Shown here: positions 29,368 to 37,433 of the stretch, one piece after another
Layout of the letters: each line of letters begins with the position of its first letter
How positions within the stretch are numbered: position 1 is the first letter of the stretch
Assembly: GCA_963837025.1 (NCBI GenBank)
Contig: CAWILT010000002.1
Span: 230,554-294,553 of the forward strand
Length of the DNA: 64,000 nucleotides
DNA from: an uncultured Alphaproteobacteria bacterium
GTDB lineage: Bacteria; Pseudomonadota; Alphaproteobacteria; Rickettsiales; JALZUV01
Reading direction: 5' to 3'
Made by a program: the position numbers and the translations under genes
Notes under the pieces: model-generated
Told to the model about the DNA's origin: nothing
Database searches by the model: none
Seen by the model: only the letters and a program-made list of their open reading frames with translations

Positions 29368-29708
29368 TTTACAATTACAAACGCCCTTTATGGGTGTTTT
29401 TTTATGACTGAAAAAAGCGTGTTTCTGCGCTGTTTAGCCTGTGCGTGTGAGCACTGTTAGAAAAATTTACAGGGCAAAATTCTCTCTCAAACCTCTCATT
29501 CTCTCACGGCTCTGAGCACCTTTGCGATTTTCCGTACTCACCTTAACGCCTTGATTTACAATCATTTTCAAAAATGATGGTTGGCATCCTATGAATGGTA
29601 TCTTTTTTACTGGTTTTCTAACTTTTCAAATTTTTTTCATCAGCCTTCGTCATTTCGTCATCCGATTTTGTACCGGCCTGAGAACAACAACAAATATGGA
29701 GTTCTCAC

Positions 29709-29945
29709 ATGCGATTAAGTACAAAACTGCCCGATGAAATGAGCGCGAATGAGCGTTTAAAAGAAATAGCATCCATTCTGGCCAAGGCCTTATCCAGAGA
29801 TAATCAGGACGATGCCAACATATTGAAAAACCTTGATAATAAGAGAGGTTTGACTGGACTTCCCGTCCCTTCGAAGCATTCATGCTCTAACAACAAAAAA
29901 TTCTCAAAACACAAGGGAAATGAAGGAGTTAGACATGAAGATTGA
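29709..29945 (+). CDS. hypothetical small protein
   Basis: ORF with a GGAG Shine-Dalgarno. Lies upstream of the DUF2924/recombinase module. Weak support only. Confidence 0.3.
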   Translation: MRLSTKLPDEMSANERLKEIASILAKALSRDNQDDANILKNLDNKRGLTGLPVPSKHSCSNNKKFSKHKGNEGVRHED

Positions 29946-30408
29946 TGTTGTAAAAACAGCGGCGGAGTTTGAAAGCATGAGCGCAAAAGAGCTGTTGGCG
30001 GAATGGCCGCGCTATTTTGATGATCCGCCAAAAAGCAGATCGAACAAAAGCTATCTGATGGGCGAACTGATTTACCGTATTCAGGAGTTGTCATACGGCG
30101 GTTTGACCAAGCAGACGATTGATCGGCTGGAGGCACTGGCTGAAAACAAATCCTTGAAAGAACGTAAAGGCGATGTCTCCCGCCTTGCCATCGGCACAAG
30201 ATTGGTGCGGGAAGTCAAAGGCGTTGAGCATCATGTCACGGTGCTGGAGGAAGGCTACGAGTATCAGGGCGTTAAATATAAAAGTCTCTCTGGTGTGGCA
30301 TATGCCATTACTGGCACGCGCTGGAACGGTAATGTGTTTTTTGGCCTCGGCAAAAAGGAAAACCCTCGCCCCTATAGACGATCTCGAAAAATCGGAGGGG
30401 GTCAATAA
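29935..30408 (+). CDS. DUF2924-family protein (recombinase-associated)
   Basis: LLAEWPRYFDDPPKSRSNKSYLMGELIYRIQELSYGGL, typical of DUF2924 from memory. AAGGAG lies 6 nt before ATG 29935. The stop overlaps the recombinase ATG. Confidence 0.7.
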   Translation: MKIDVVKTAAEFESMSAKELLAEWPRYFDDPPKSRSNKSYLMGELIYRIQELSYGGLTKQTIDRLEALAENKSLKERKGDVSRLAIGTRLVREVKGVEHHVTVLEEGYEYQGVKYKSLSGVAYAITGTRWNGNVFFGLGKKENPRPYRRSRKIGGGQ

Positions 30409-31766
30409 TGCAGCAAAAGAAAATTGTCCGTTGCGCCATCTACACCCGCAAGTCCACTGAAGAAGGCCTCGATATGGATTACAACACGCTGGATGCCCAG
30501 CGCGAGGCGGGTGAAAAATATGTCGAGGCGATGAAGCATGAAGGCTGGCGTATCATTCCTGATCTGTATGATGATGGCGGGTTCTCAGGTGGGAACATGG
30601 ACCGCCCAGGCTTGAAGAAGCTGATTGAGGATATTAAAGCCGGTCGCATTGATACGGTGGTGGTCTACAAGGTCGACCGTTTGACACGCTCGCTTGCTGA
30701 CTTTGCCAAACTGGTGGAAGTGTTTGATGCATATGGCACGAGCTTTGTCTCCGTCACCCAGCATTTTAATACGCAAGACTCCATGGGGCGATTAACGCTC
30801 AATATCCTGCTCAGTTTTGCCCAGTTTGAACGTGAAGTCACGGGCGAACGCATCCGCGATAAGTTTGCCGCATCAAAGAAGAAAGGCATGTGGATGGGCG
30901 GTCCGCCCCCGCTGGGTTATGATGTTGTTGATCGTAAACTCATCATCAATCCTGTTGAGGCCGATCAGGTTAAGTATATTTTTGAGACCTATGTCCTGCT
31001 TGGCGGGTCTATTTCACTGGTTTTGAAAAAGCTCAATGATGAAGGCTATAAAACCAAATCTTACACCAGTCGTACAGGCCAACGCCGAGGGGGCCATAAA
31101 TATGGTACCGCGACAGTCAAAACCATTTTGAGAAACAGGCTCTATATTGCCGAGGTTCATCACAAAGGCACGTATTACCCAGGACAACACCGACCGATTA
31201 TATCAATGGAGCTGTTTAACAAGGCACAGGAAGTTCTTGCTGAAAAAGCGACGGTAAAAAGCAAACGCACTTATGCAGCCAAATCGAAGTCTTTGTTGAG
31301 AGGAATTATTGTTTGTGGCGGGTGTCATGGGGCGATGTCGCCCACTTACACCAAGAAAAAGAATAAGCGCTATGAGTATTACGTTACCAATTCCTATCGC
31401 CAGCACAGTTGCGGTGAATGTCCAGTCAGCCGCATCCCTGCGGGTGAAATTGATGCCATCATCAAGGGACAGCTCAAAGCCATTTTTGCAAGCCCAAAAA
31501 TATTGGTTGAGGTTTGGCGACAGGCGAAAAAAGACAATCCCGCATTTCAGGAATATGAGCTGCATGAAAGTTTAAAGCGGCTGGGATCATTTTGGGATTT
31601 GCTCTACCCCGGCGAACAAAAGCGCATCACGCAGTTACTGATTTCACGGGTGGTGGTCAAATCTAACGGTGTCGATATCGAATATCGCGCCAGCGGGATT
31701 GAGGATGTTGTCCACCAGCTTCAGCTTACCATCAATAAACAAGAGCAATTAAGGGAGGCATCATAA
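30408..31766 (+). CDS. large serine recombinase
   Basis: Resolvase catalytic domain (AIYTRKSTEEGL..., VVVYKVDRLTRSL, ERIRDKF), then a recombinase domain and a Cys-rich zinc ribbon (CGGCHGAM...CGECP). Confidence 0.9.
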   Translation: MQQKKIVRCAIYTRKSTEEGLDMDYNTLDAQREAGEKYVEAMKHEGWRIIPDLYDDGGFSGGNMDRPGLKKLIEDIKAGRIDTVVVYKVDRLTRSLADFAKLVEVFDAYGTSFVSVTQHFNTQDSMGRLTLNILLSFAQFEREVTGERIRDKFAASKKKGMWMGGPPPLGYDVVDRKLIINPVEADQVKYIFETYVLLGGSISLVLKKLNDEGYKTKSYTSRTGQRRGGHKYGTATVKTILRNRLYIAEVHHKGTYYPGQHRPIISMELFNKAQEVLAEKATVKSKRTYAAKSKSLLRGIIVCGGCHGAMSPTYTKKKNKRYEYYVTNSYRQHSCGECPVSRIPAGEIDAIIKGQLKAIFASPKILVEVWRQAKKDNPAFQEYELHESLKRLGSFWDLLYPGEQKRITQLLISRVVVKSNGVDIEYRASGIEDVVHQLQLTINKQEQLREAS

Positions 31767-32171
31767 ATGCAGCTTGATACAGATAATCAGAAAATCGTCA
31801 TCCATGTGCCGGTTAACATGAAAAAATGGGGCGGTAAAAAAGTCATTGTGGGGCCGCAAGGGCAAGATTTAAGACGGCTTGATCGTGAAAACAGGCGTGA
31901 TGACAAACTCCTTAAAGCACTGGGGCGAGCCTATAAATGGCAAAAATGGATCAAGATTGGTAAATGCAACAGCGCCGAAGATATCAGTGATATCGAAAAT
32001 ATTAATCGGTCTTATGTGCTGCGTATTTTGCGCCTAAACCGCCTTTCGCCAAATATCATCAAGGCCATTTTGGATGGTAACCAGCCCGATGGGTTTGGTC
32101 TGTGCGATGTTGAAAAGCCATTCCCGCTATTATGGGATGAACAAGAAGATCAATTTGGTTTTCGTATCTGA
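31767..32171 (+). CDS. recombinase-associated HTH-like protein
   Basis: ATG immediately follows the recombinase stop. LKALGRAYKWQKWIKIG...INRSYVLRILRLNRLSPNIIKAILDGNQP resembles the conserved partner of such recombinases. Confidence 0.55.
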   Translation: MQLDTDNQKIVIHVPVNMKKWGGKKVIVGPQGQDLRRLDRENRRDDKLLKALGRAYKWQKWIKIGKCNSAEDISDIENINRSYVLRILRLNRLSPNIIKAILDGNQPDGFGLCDVEKPFPLLWDEQEDQFGFRI

Positions 32172-32371
32172 TGATCATGCATCCGTTTGTATGATTAATA
32201 ACATCATACAGCTGTAGGATTTTCCAAAACCCAAAAATATCAAAACATTATTTCCTAAAGGGTTAGACGGTATCGACCAAATGGTAGTTGTACTGAATGG
32301 TTCATAACCTCTTCTAATTGCACTTATTTTTGCATTTTCTTTTCTGAGAAAAACAACTCGGAGGAGAAAGA

Positions 32372-32943
32372 ATGTCAAAGAACCGCTACGGCGGCGTAGA
32401 CTCCTACGCCGCTTTTTTTATTGCTTTTAAAGTCAAACAATTGCTGCGAATGCCGATCTTTAATCGGGATGATTTCGAGGATTTGGAACAGGAATTGATG
32501 CTGGCTTTTATTAAAGCTGAGCCTTCATACGATCCCGCCAAAGGTCATCGAAAATCATTCATTAAATCCGTTATCAATAATCACGCTCGCAACTTGGTCA
32601 TAGCGACCGAAGCCCAGAAAACTGGACGGGTCAAAAAGAGCGGAGCCTGTCAGAAACGCTGCTGGATGATGTGGATCATATAGAGCTTTTGGACACGATA
32701 ACAGAAGCGCATTTGCCGTGGTCTGACGGCTATGCCCCGCTGTCTATTGAGGCGCTGGAACTGGTGATGGATGAGGAGCGCATCATTCGTGACATGCCAG
32801 AAACCTTGCGCGAAACCTATCACATTCTCAAAGATTATAGTGTTTCCGAAGCCGCCAAACTGACGGGCATACACCGCTCAACATTATCAAGCCGCGCACA
32901 AAATTTGCGGAAATACCTCAAAGAACTGCGGGAGAAAAAATAA
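32372..32943 (+). pseudogene. sigma-70/ECF-like sigma factor split by a frameshift
   Basis: Region-2-like FEDLEQELMLAFIKAEPSYDPAKGHRKSFIKSVINNHARN in frame 2. Region-4-like LRETYHILKDYSVSEAAKLTGIHRSTLSSRAQNLRKYLKEL in frame 1. The frames overlap around the A5 run at 32633..32637. Confidence 0.6.
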
Positions 32944-33033
32944 AACGAAAAAAATATCGTGAGGGCTTCGTCATTCGGCAAACCAATCTTGTACCGGCGC
33001 TTTTAGGACCAACAAAACCTAAAAGGAGCAAAC

Positions 33034-33276
33034 ATGACACTGTCCGTACAAGAAAAAATCGACCTTGGTGATGCCGTTTTTAAATGGGTGCAACACACGC
33101 CGGTGGGGCATCTGAAAGATTTGAGCGATGATGATCTGGAAATGATCCGCCAGCAACTGATCAAGGAAGTCCGTGAGGTCGGCAGAGCGCTGCATTGGAT
33201 CGATGGGATTATCAAACTCAAATTCATTGAACGTGATCAGCAACCGTCCAATCCTGTTGTGGAGGTGCGCTCATGA
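33034..33276 (+). CDS. hypothetical phage protein
   Basis: AAGGAG Shine-Dalgarno. 4-nt overlap with the next gene. Confidence 0.45.
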   Translation: MTLSVQEKIDLGDAVFKWVQHTPVGHLKDLSDDDLEMIRQQLIKEVREVGRALHWIDGIIKLKFIERDQQPSNPVVEVRS

Positions 33277-33656
33277 AACAAAAAAAGACCGTCACCGTAA
33301 AGCAAAAATACGTGGAAGACCGCATTCATAATGCGGCGCGCACGCTCCGCCGATTACCTGAAGAGCGTGTTCAGGGATATTTCAGCACGTGGCCGAAAAT
33401 CAAGCGCGATGAAATGGAAATCCTGCAGATGGAGAAAGAGCCGATGCGGATCAGGCCAAGCATGGAGGACATCACGCAAATGGAAGAAGTCCTGTTTGTG
33501 TGGCTGCGCTGGTTGGAGGTGGACGAGCGCAAGCTCGTCTGGCAACGCGCCGAACGTGTGCGCTGGAAGCTGATCTGCGCGCAGTTTGGCGTGGGTCGCA
33601 CCAAAGCCTGGGAGATGTACAAATGCGCGCTGGGTAAGATCGCCGCCCGCATATGA
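33273..33656 (+). CDS. hypothetical phage protein with C-terminal HTH-like segment
   Basis: ...WKLICAQFGVGRTKAWEMYKCALGKIAARI. Coupled to both neighbours by overlaps. Confidence 0.5.
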   Translation: MKQKKTVTVKQKYVEDRIHNAARTLRRLPEERVQGYFSTWPKIKRDEMEILQMEKEPMRIRPSMEDITQMEEVLFVWLRWLEVDERKLVWQRAERVRWKLICAQFGVGRTKAWEMYKCALGKIAARI

Positions 33657-34099
33657 GCCAACTGACCTTTGCCCCAATCCCGAATGAGATACTGCGCCGG
33701 ACAGATTTAAGTCCTGGCGCAAAATTGTGCTGCGCGCGCCTCATTCAGTATGCGGGCAAAGATGGGCAGGCTTTTCCTAAACTGGCAACGCTAGGCGAAG
33801 AGCTGGGTTTTTCGTCCAGAAATGTCCAGCGCTTTATTGCCGAATTGGAAAGCCATAAGCTGGTGACAACGCAACAACGGGGGCGTGGTCAATCGAATAT
33901 CTACCATGTGGATAAGTCGATACTTATCCACAACCCCAAACTTACCACGACAGATTTGTCCACTCTAGACCGGACGAATTCGTCCACTCCAGACACGACA
34001 GATTCGTCCACACCATATAAAGGAAGAAAAGATAACTTTAAAAAAGAAATAGAAAAGATAACAGCGGGCCTTGTGCATAACATGCGAATGCCGCGCTGA
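33653..34099 (+). CDS. winged-HTH protein, replication-initiator-like
   Basis: IPNEILRRTDLSPGAKLCCARLIQYAGKDGQAFPKLATLGEELGFSSRNVQRFIAELESHKLV. The C-terminal part is encoded by 24-bp repeats. Confidence 0.6.
   Translation: MSQLTFAPIPNEILRRTDLSPGAKLCCARLIQYAGKDGQAFPKLATLGEELGFSSRNVQRFIAELESHKLVTTQQRGRGQSNIYHVDKSILIHNPKLTTTDLSTLDRTNSSTPDTTDSSTPYKGRKDNFKKEIEKITAGLVHNMRMPR
33948..34011 (+). repeat. three 24-bp-phased direct repeats (iteron-like)
   Basis: CGACAGATTTGTCCAC (33948), GACGAATTCGTCCAC (33973), CGACAGATTCGTCCAC (33996). The GTCCAC cores are spaced exactly 24 nt apart. Confidence 0.6.
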
Positions 34100-34189
34100 T
34101 CCCAAAAAAGAATAAGCAAAAACTGATGCTAATTGACTTGATAACCCTCGGAAATGAAGCGTTACTGGTGTTAACAAAGGAGCAAAACG

Positions 34190-34408
34190 ATGACAAACAC
34201 ACAAGAAAAAAGAACGGCGCTGGACGCCTTTATCGAACACAAAGCCCGTATTGACGAGATGCTGGAGCGCCTGCAAGCGGCAAGCGCAGACCATTTTGAA
34301 ACCAACCCTGATGATATACGCTGGGGCGACGCGGGCTTTTTAGCAGACATTGCCAGCGACCTACAACACATCACCGACCGTGTTTTCAAGGAGGGTGAAT
34401 ATGCCTAA
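34190..34408 (+). CDS. hypothetical phage protein
   Basis: AAGGAG Shine-Dalgarno. The stop overlaps the next start. Confidence 0.45.
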   Translation: MTNTQEKRTALDAFIEHKARIDEMLERLQAASADHFETNPDDIRWGDAGFLADIASDLQHITDRVFKEGEYA

Positions 34409-34583
34409 AACCACTCAACAGCAAATTGACCAGCTTTTAACTGAAATAGCCAAGAAGCATTTGAACCTTGAAACGCTGGAAACCCAAAACAGCGACAGCC
34501 TTGATTTTCACGACGTGTCCGTCTGGTTTTTGAAAAAGGCTTTGCAGGAGGCGTATGAGGCGGGCTTAAGGACCAAAAGATAA
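34401..34583 (+). CDS. hypothetical phage protein
   Basis: ATG 34401 follows AGGAGGGTG. LETQNSDSLDFHDVSVWFLKKALQEAYEAG. Confidence 0.45.
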   Translation: MPKTTQQQIDQLLTEIAKKHLNLETLETQNSDSLDFHDVSVWFLKKALQEAYEAGLRTKR

Positions 34584-34584
34584 C

Positions 34585-34679
34585 GTATCTTATTATTTGC
34601 ATTAAGACCTATAAAGATAACAATAAGATACATTAAACTGTTTTAGGCTTGATTTTTACCTTAATGTATCTTATTATTT
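34585..34679. promoter_or_regulatory. hipB promoter with repeated operator-like motif
   Basis: GTATCTTATTATTT occurs at 34585 and 34666, and the inverted AATAAGATAC at 34622. TTGATT(34649)-N17-TATTAT(34672) overlaps the last copy. Confidence 0.5.
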
Positions 34680-34728
34680 ACACTAGGGCATATAAGGTAA
34701 AATATAAAACACATTACGGATTAACGAC

Positions 34729-35070
34729 ATGAGCATGAGCAAAAAGACACATCTACCAATCCCCGTGCAGAAAGCCTTAAGAAGGCTTGGCAAAGACATT
34801 AGCGATGCTCGCCGCCGCCGTCGCATTGCTATGGAGCTGATGTCTGAGCGCGCAGGGTTTTCGCGGATCACTTTATCCAAAATTGAAAAAGGTGATCCAA
34901 GTGTGTCTATGGGTTCATACGCTTCGGCTCTCTTTGTCTTGGGCATGATCGATCATCTGGGTGGGATTGCGGACGCGTCTCACGATATTGTCGGGCGTGA
35001 GTTGGAGGAAGAAAGCCTGCCAAAAAGAATTCGAGCGCCACAATCTAACAAAGGGGAAGCCAATGAGTAG
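34729..35070 (+). CDS. hipB: Xre-family HTH antitoxin, HipB-like
   Basis: LRRLGKDISDARRRRRIAMELMSERAGFSRITLSKIEKGDPSVSMGSYASALFVLG. 8-nt overlap with hipA. Confidence 0.8.
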   Translation: MSMSKKTHLPIPVQKALRRLGKDISDARRRRRIAMELMSERAGFSRITLSKIEKGDPSVSMGSYASALFVLGMIDHLGGIADASHDIVGRELEEESLPKRIRAPQSNKGEANE

Positions 35071-36331
35071 CCAGCAAATTTACGTTTCCATTGAGCTTGG
35101 CGACGAAACATTCAAGGTTGGAAAGCTTTGGTTTCACCAACGTGGTGCGCGACAAAGCGCTTCCTTTGAATATGAGCCAGAATGGCTGAAACATTCAGAA
35201 AAGTTTGCATTAGACCCTGCGCTCCAATTAACCGAAGGTGCGTTTCATACCACACCGGATCAGATTTTATTTGGCGCTATTGGTGATTCTGCTCCTGACC
35301 GTTGGGGGCGCGTCCTAATGCGCCGTGCGGAAAGTGCGCGCGCCAAATTGGCTGGAGAAACAACACGAACGCTCTCTGAGGTAGATTATCTCCTGGGCGT
35401 AAATGATGAAGCACGCCAAGGCGCATTACGCTTTTCTTTGGAAGATGGCGGCCCATACCTCACACCAAAAGATAAAGAAAGCATCCCACCGCTGATTGAT
35501 CTGCCCAGATTGCTCTCGGCAACAGAGCGTTATCTCAATGATGATGAAACAGCCGAGGATTTGAAAATATTATTGGCGCCTGGCTCATCCCTTGGTGGTG
35601 CACGACCAAAAGCATCCGTTCGAGACAAAGACGGCCATCTTGCCATCGCCAAATTCCCGAAAAAAGATGATGAATTCAACGTGGTTGTCTGGGAGGCTGT
35701 TGCACTCACTTTGGCAGAAAAAGCAGGCATCACGACGGCAGAATGGCGCTTGGAAACAATCATGGACAAGCCTGTTTTGATTTTACGCCGTTTTGACCGT
35801 CAGGATGGGAAGCGTGTGCCTTTCTTATCAGCAATGAGCATGTTGGGCGCAAAGGACAATGACCCTCACAGTTATCTTGAAATTGCCTATGCGTTGACGC
35901 AAAGCGGTGCGAATCCAAACAGTGATCTGGAAGAATTGTGGCGGCGGATTGTGTTTACGGTTTTGATTTCCAATACAGATGACCATTTAAGAAATCATGG
36001 ATTTTTATATGAACGCCATAAAGGTTGGCGTTTATCACCTGCCTATGACGTTAATCCGACGCCAGTTGAAATCAAAGCAAGGATGTTATCAACCTCAATT
36101 GATTTTGATGACCCCACCGCATCTATTGATTTGGCATTATCCGTTATTGATGATTTCAGAATCAAGAAATCACGGGCGCAGAAAATTATCAGAGAAGTTG
36201 CCACGGCGGTCAGTGAGTGGCGGCCTGTTGCTACACAGTTTGATTTAAGCAAGAAGGAAGCTGATCGCATGGCTTCTGCTTTTGAGCATGAAGATTTAAA
36301 AAAAGCGTTAGGTATAAAAGATGAAAATTAA
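35063..36331 (+). CDS. hipA: HipA-family serine/threonine kinase toxin
   Basis: N-terminal coupling domain (VGKLWFHQRG...FEYEPEWL), SLGGARPKASV, catalytic loop ISNTDDHLRNHGFLY. ATG 35063 preferred to the track start. Confidence 0.9.
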   Translation: MSSQQIYVSIELGDETFKVGKLWFHQRGARQSASFEYEPEWLKHSEKFALDPALQLTEGAFHTTPDQILFGAIGDSAPDRWGRVLMRRAESARAKLAGETTRTLSEVDYLLGVNDEARQGALRFSLEDGGPYLTPKDKESIPPLIDLPRLLSATERYLNDDETAEDLKILLAPGSSLGGARPKASVRDKDGHLAIAKFPKKDDEFNVVVWEAVALTLAEKAGITTAEWRLETIMDKPVLILRRFDRQDGKRVPFLSAMSMLGAKDNDPHSYLEIAYALTQSGANPNSDLEELWRRIVFTVLISNTDDHLRNHGFLYERHKGWRLSPAYDVNPTPVEIKARMLSTSIDFDDPTASIDLALSVIDDFRIKKSRAQKIIREVATAVSEWRPVATQFDLSKKEADRMASAFEHEDLKKALGIKDEN

Positions 36332-37433
36332 AGATATTGTAAAACCGGAAACTTTGTCTGCATTAGAAGAAATCAATAATAGATATGCTTCTTTGAATAA
36401 GGCTTTGTATTCTTCTCCCGCTGTACAACTCATGCAACAACTTGAAGCTCAAAGTTTGTCTTTAAATAAATATCTCCAGCCCTATGCGGACATCGCACAA
36501 GCTTTTCGTCTATCAATTGCTCCTAAAATGGAAGCTTTTGCTGCATTACAATCGAGTTTGGCGCCACTTTCAAAGCAACTGCTTGAATTCAGAAGTCCTC
36601 TGCAGGAAGCTCTTGAGCAAATTCAAAAACAAACAGCACCGCTACAAGAGGCAATGAAGCGGTTTCAGGATATTCAAAGTCGTATAGATTATTCTCAAAT
36701 CAATGAAGCTTTTCGCAGCATTACAGATGTCATTAACAGCATCCCAAGAGATCGTCTGATAAAACTCCGGCTTCACTCCCAATATTGGCTTATCAGTGAT
36801 GATGAATTACTTCTGGCCGTAGGTGATAATGATAATTTAGAGGCAGAGTCGTTAACTGATTTTGTTATCGGTTATTACAAGGATAACAATTGGACGCGCA
36901 TGGCTAATATGGTTCAAACTTGGCAGATTTCAATTAGTCAAGAACGCTTAGATATCTTTAATAGTGCATTACAGCATACTCAAACAGCATCTTCAGAAGA
37001 TGTTCATTTACTTACTGTCCCAGCATTGATTGCCCAAATTGATGGATTAATTAGAGAGCTCTACTCATGCCTACCAAAAGAAATAAAAAAACGTATAGAA
37101 AAAGAGATAACAGATAGCCTACCAGAAGAGATTAAGTCTAAAAGAATAGATACTCGTCCCAATCAAGTTGTGGCTAGTGTTGCAGAGCTTGTAGATTATT
37201 GGTCAGCAGAAATCCTACAAGAAGCTATTTATGAAGGCCTTTTTAAGTCATCCAATAATATAACAGCGGATGGAAGCTATTCGCTTTATCGTCATAAAAT
37301 TATGCATGGAGATAAAGACTTCTTAAGATACGGAAACGAAGAAAACTTTGTACGCCTTATGCTTTACGCTGATTTTATAATTAACTTAATCAATCAAGTT
37401 AAAACTGAGCCTCCTAAAGTAAGTGCAGCATAA
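36321..37433 (+). CDS. hypothetical protein; N-terminal helical repeats, C-terminal HEPN-like R-x4-H motif
   Basis: The ATG lies 11 nt inside the hipA 3' end. AT-rich. SLYRHKIMHGDKDF and PALIAQIDGLIRE. No family recognised with certainty. Confidence 0.6.
   Translation: MKIKDIVKPETLSALEEINNRYASLNKALYSSPAVQLMQQLEAQSLSLNKYLQPYADIAQAFRLSIAPKMEAFAALQSSLAPLSKQLLEFRSPLQEALEQIQKQTAPLQEAMKRFQDIQSRIDYSQINEAFRSITDVINSIPRDRLIKLRLHSQYWLISDDELLLAVGDNDNLEAESLTDFVIGYYKDNNWTRMANMVQTWQISISQERLDIFNSALQHTQTASSEDVHLLTVPALIAQIDGLIRELYSCLPKEIKKRIEKEITDSLPEEIKSKRIDTRPNQVVASVAELVDYWSAEILQEAIYEGLFKSSNNITADGSYSLYRHKIMHGDKDFLRYGNEENFVRLMLYADFIINLINQVKTEPPKVSAA

Noticed and set aside
32175-32378. 67-aa minus-strand ORF and the small inverted repeat GTATGAT...ATCATAC (32189..32209) downstream of the recombinase module.
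   Set aside because: The ORF has no Shine-Dalgarno or homology. The 7-bp repeat is too short to interpret (a possible weak terminator) and is not reported as a feature.
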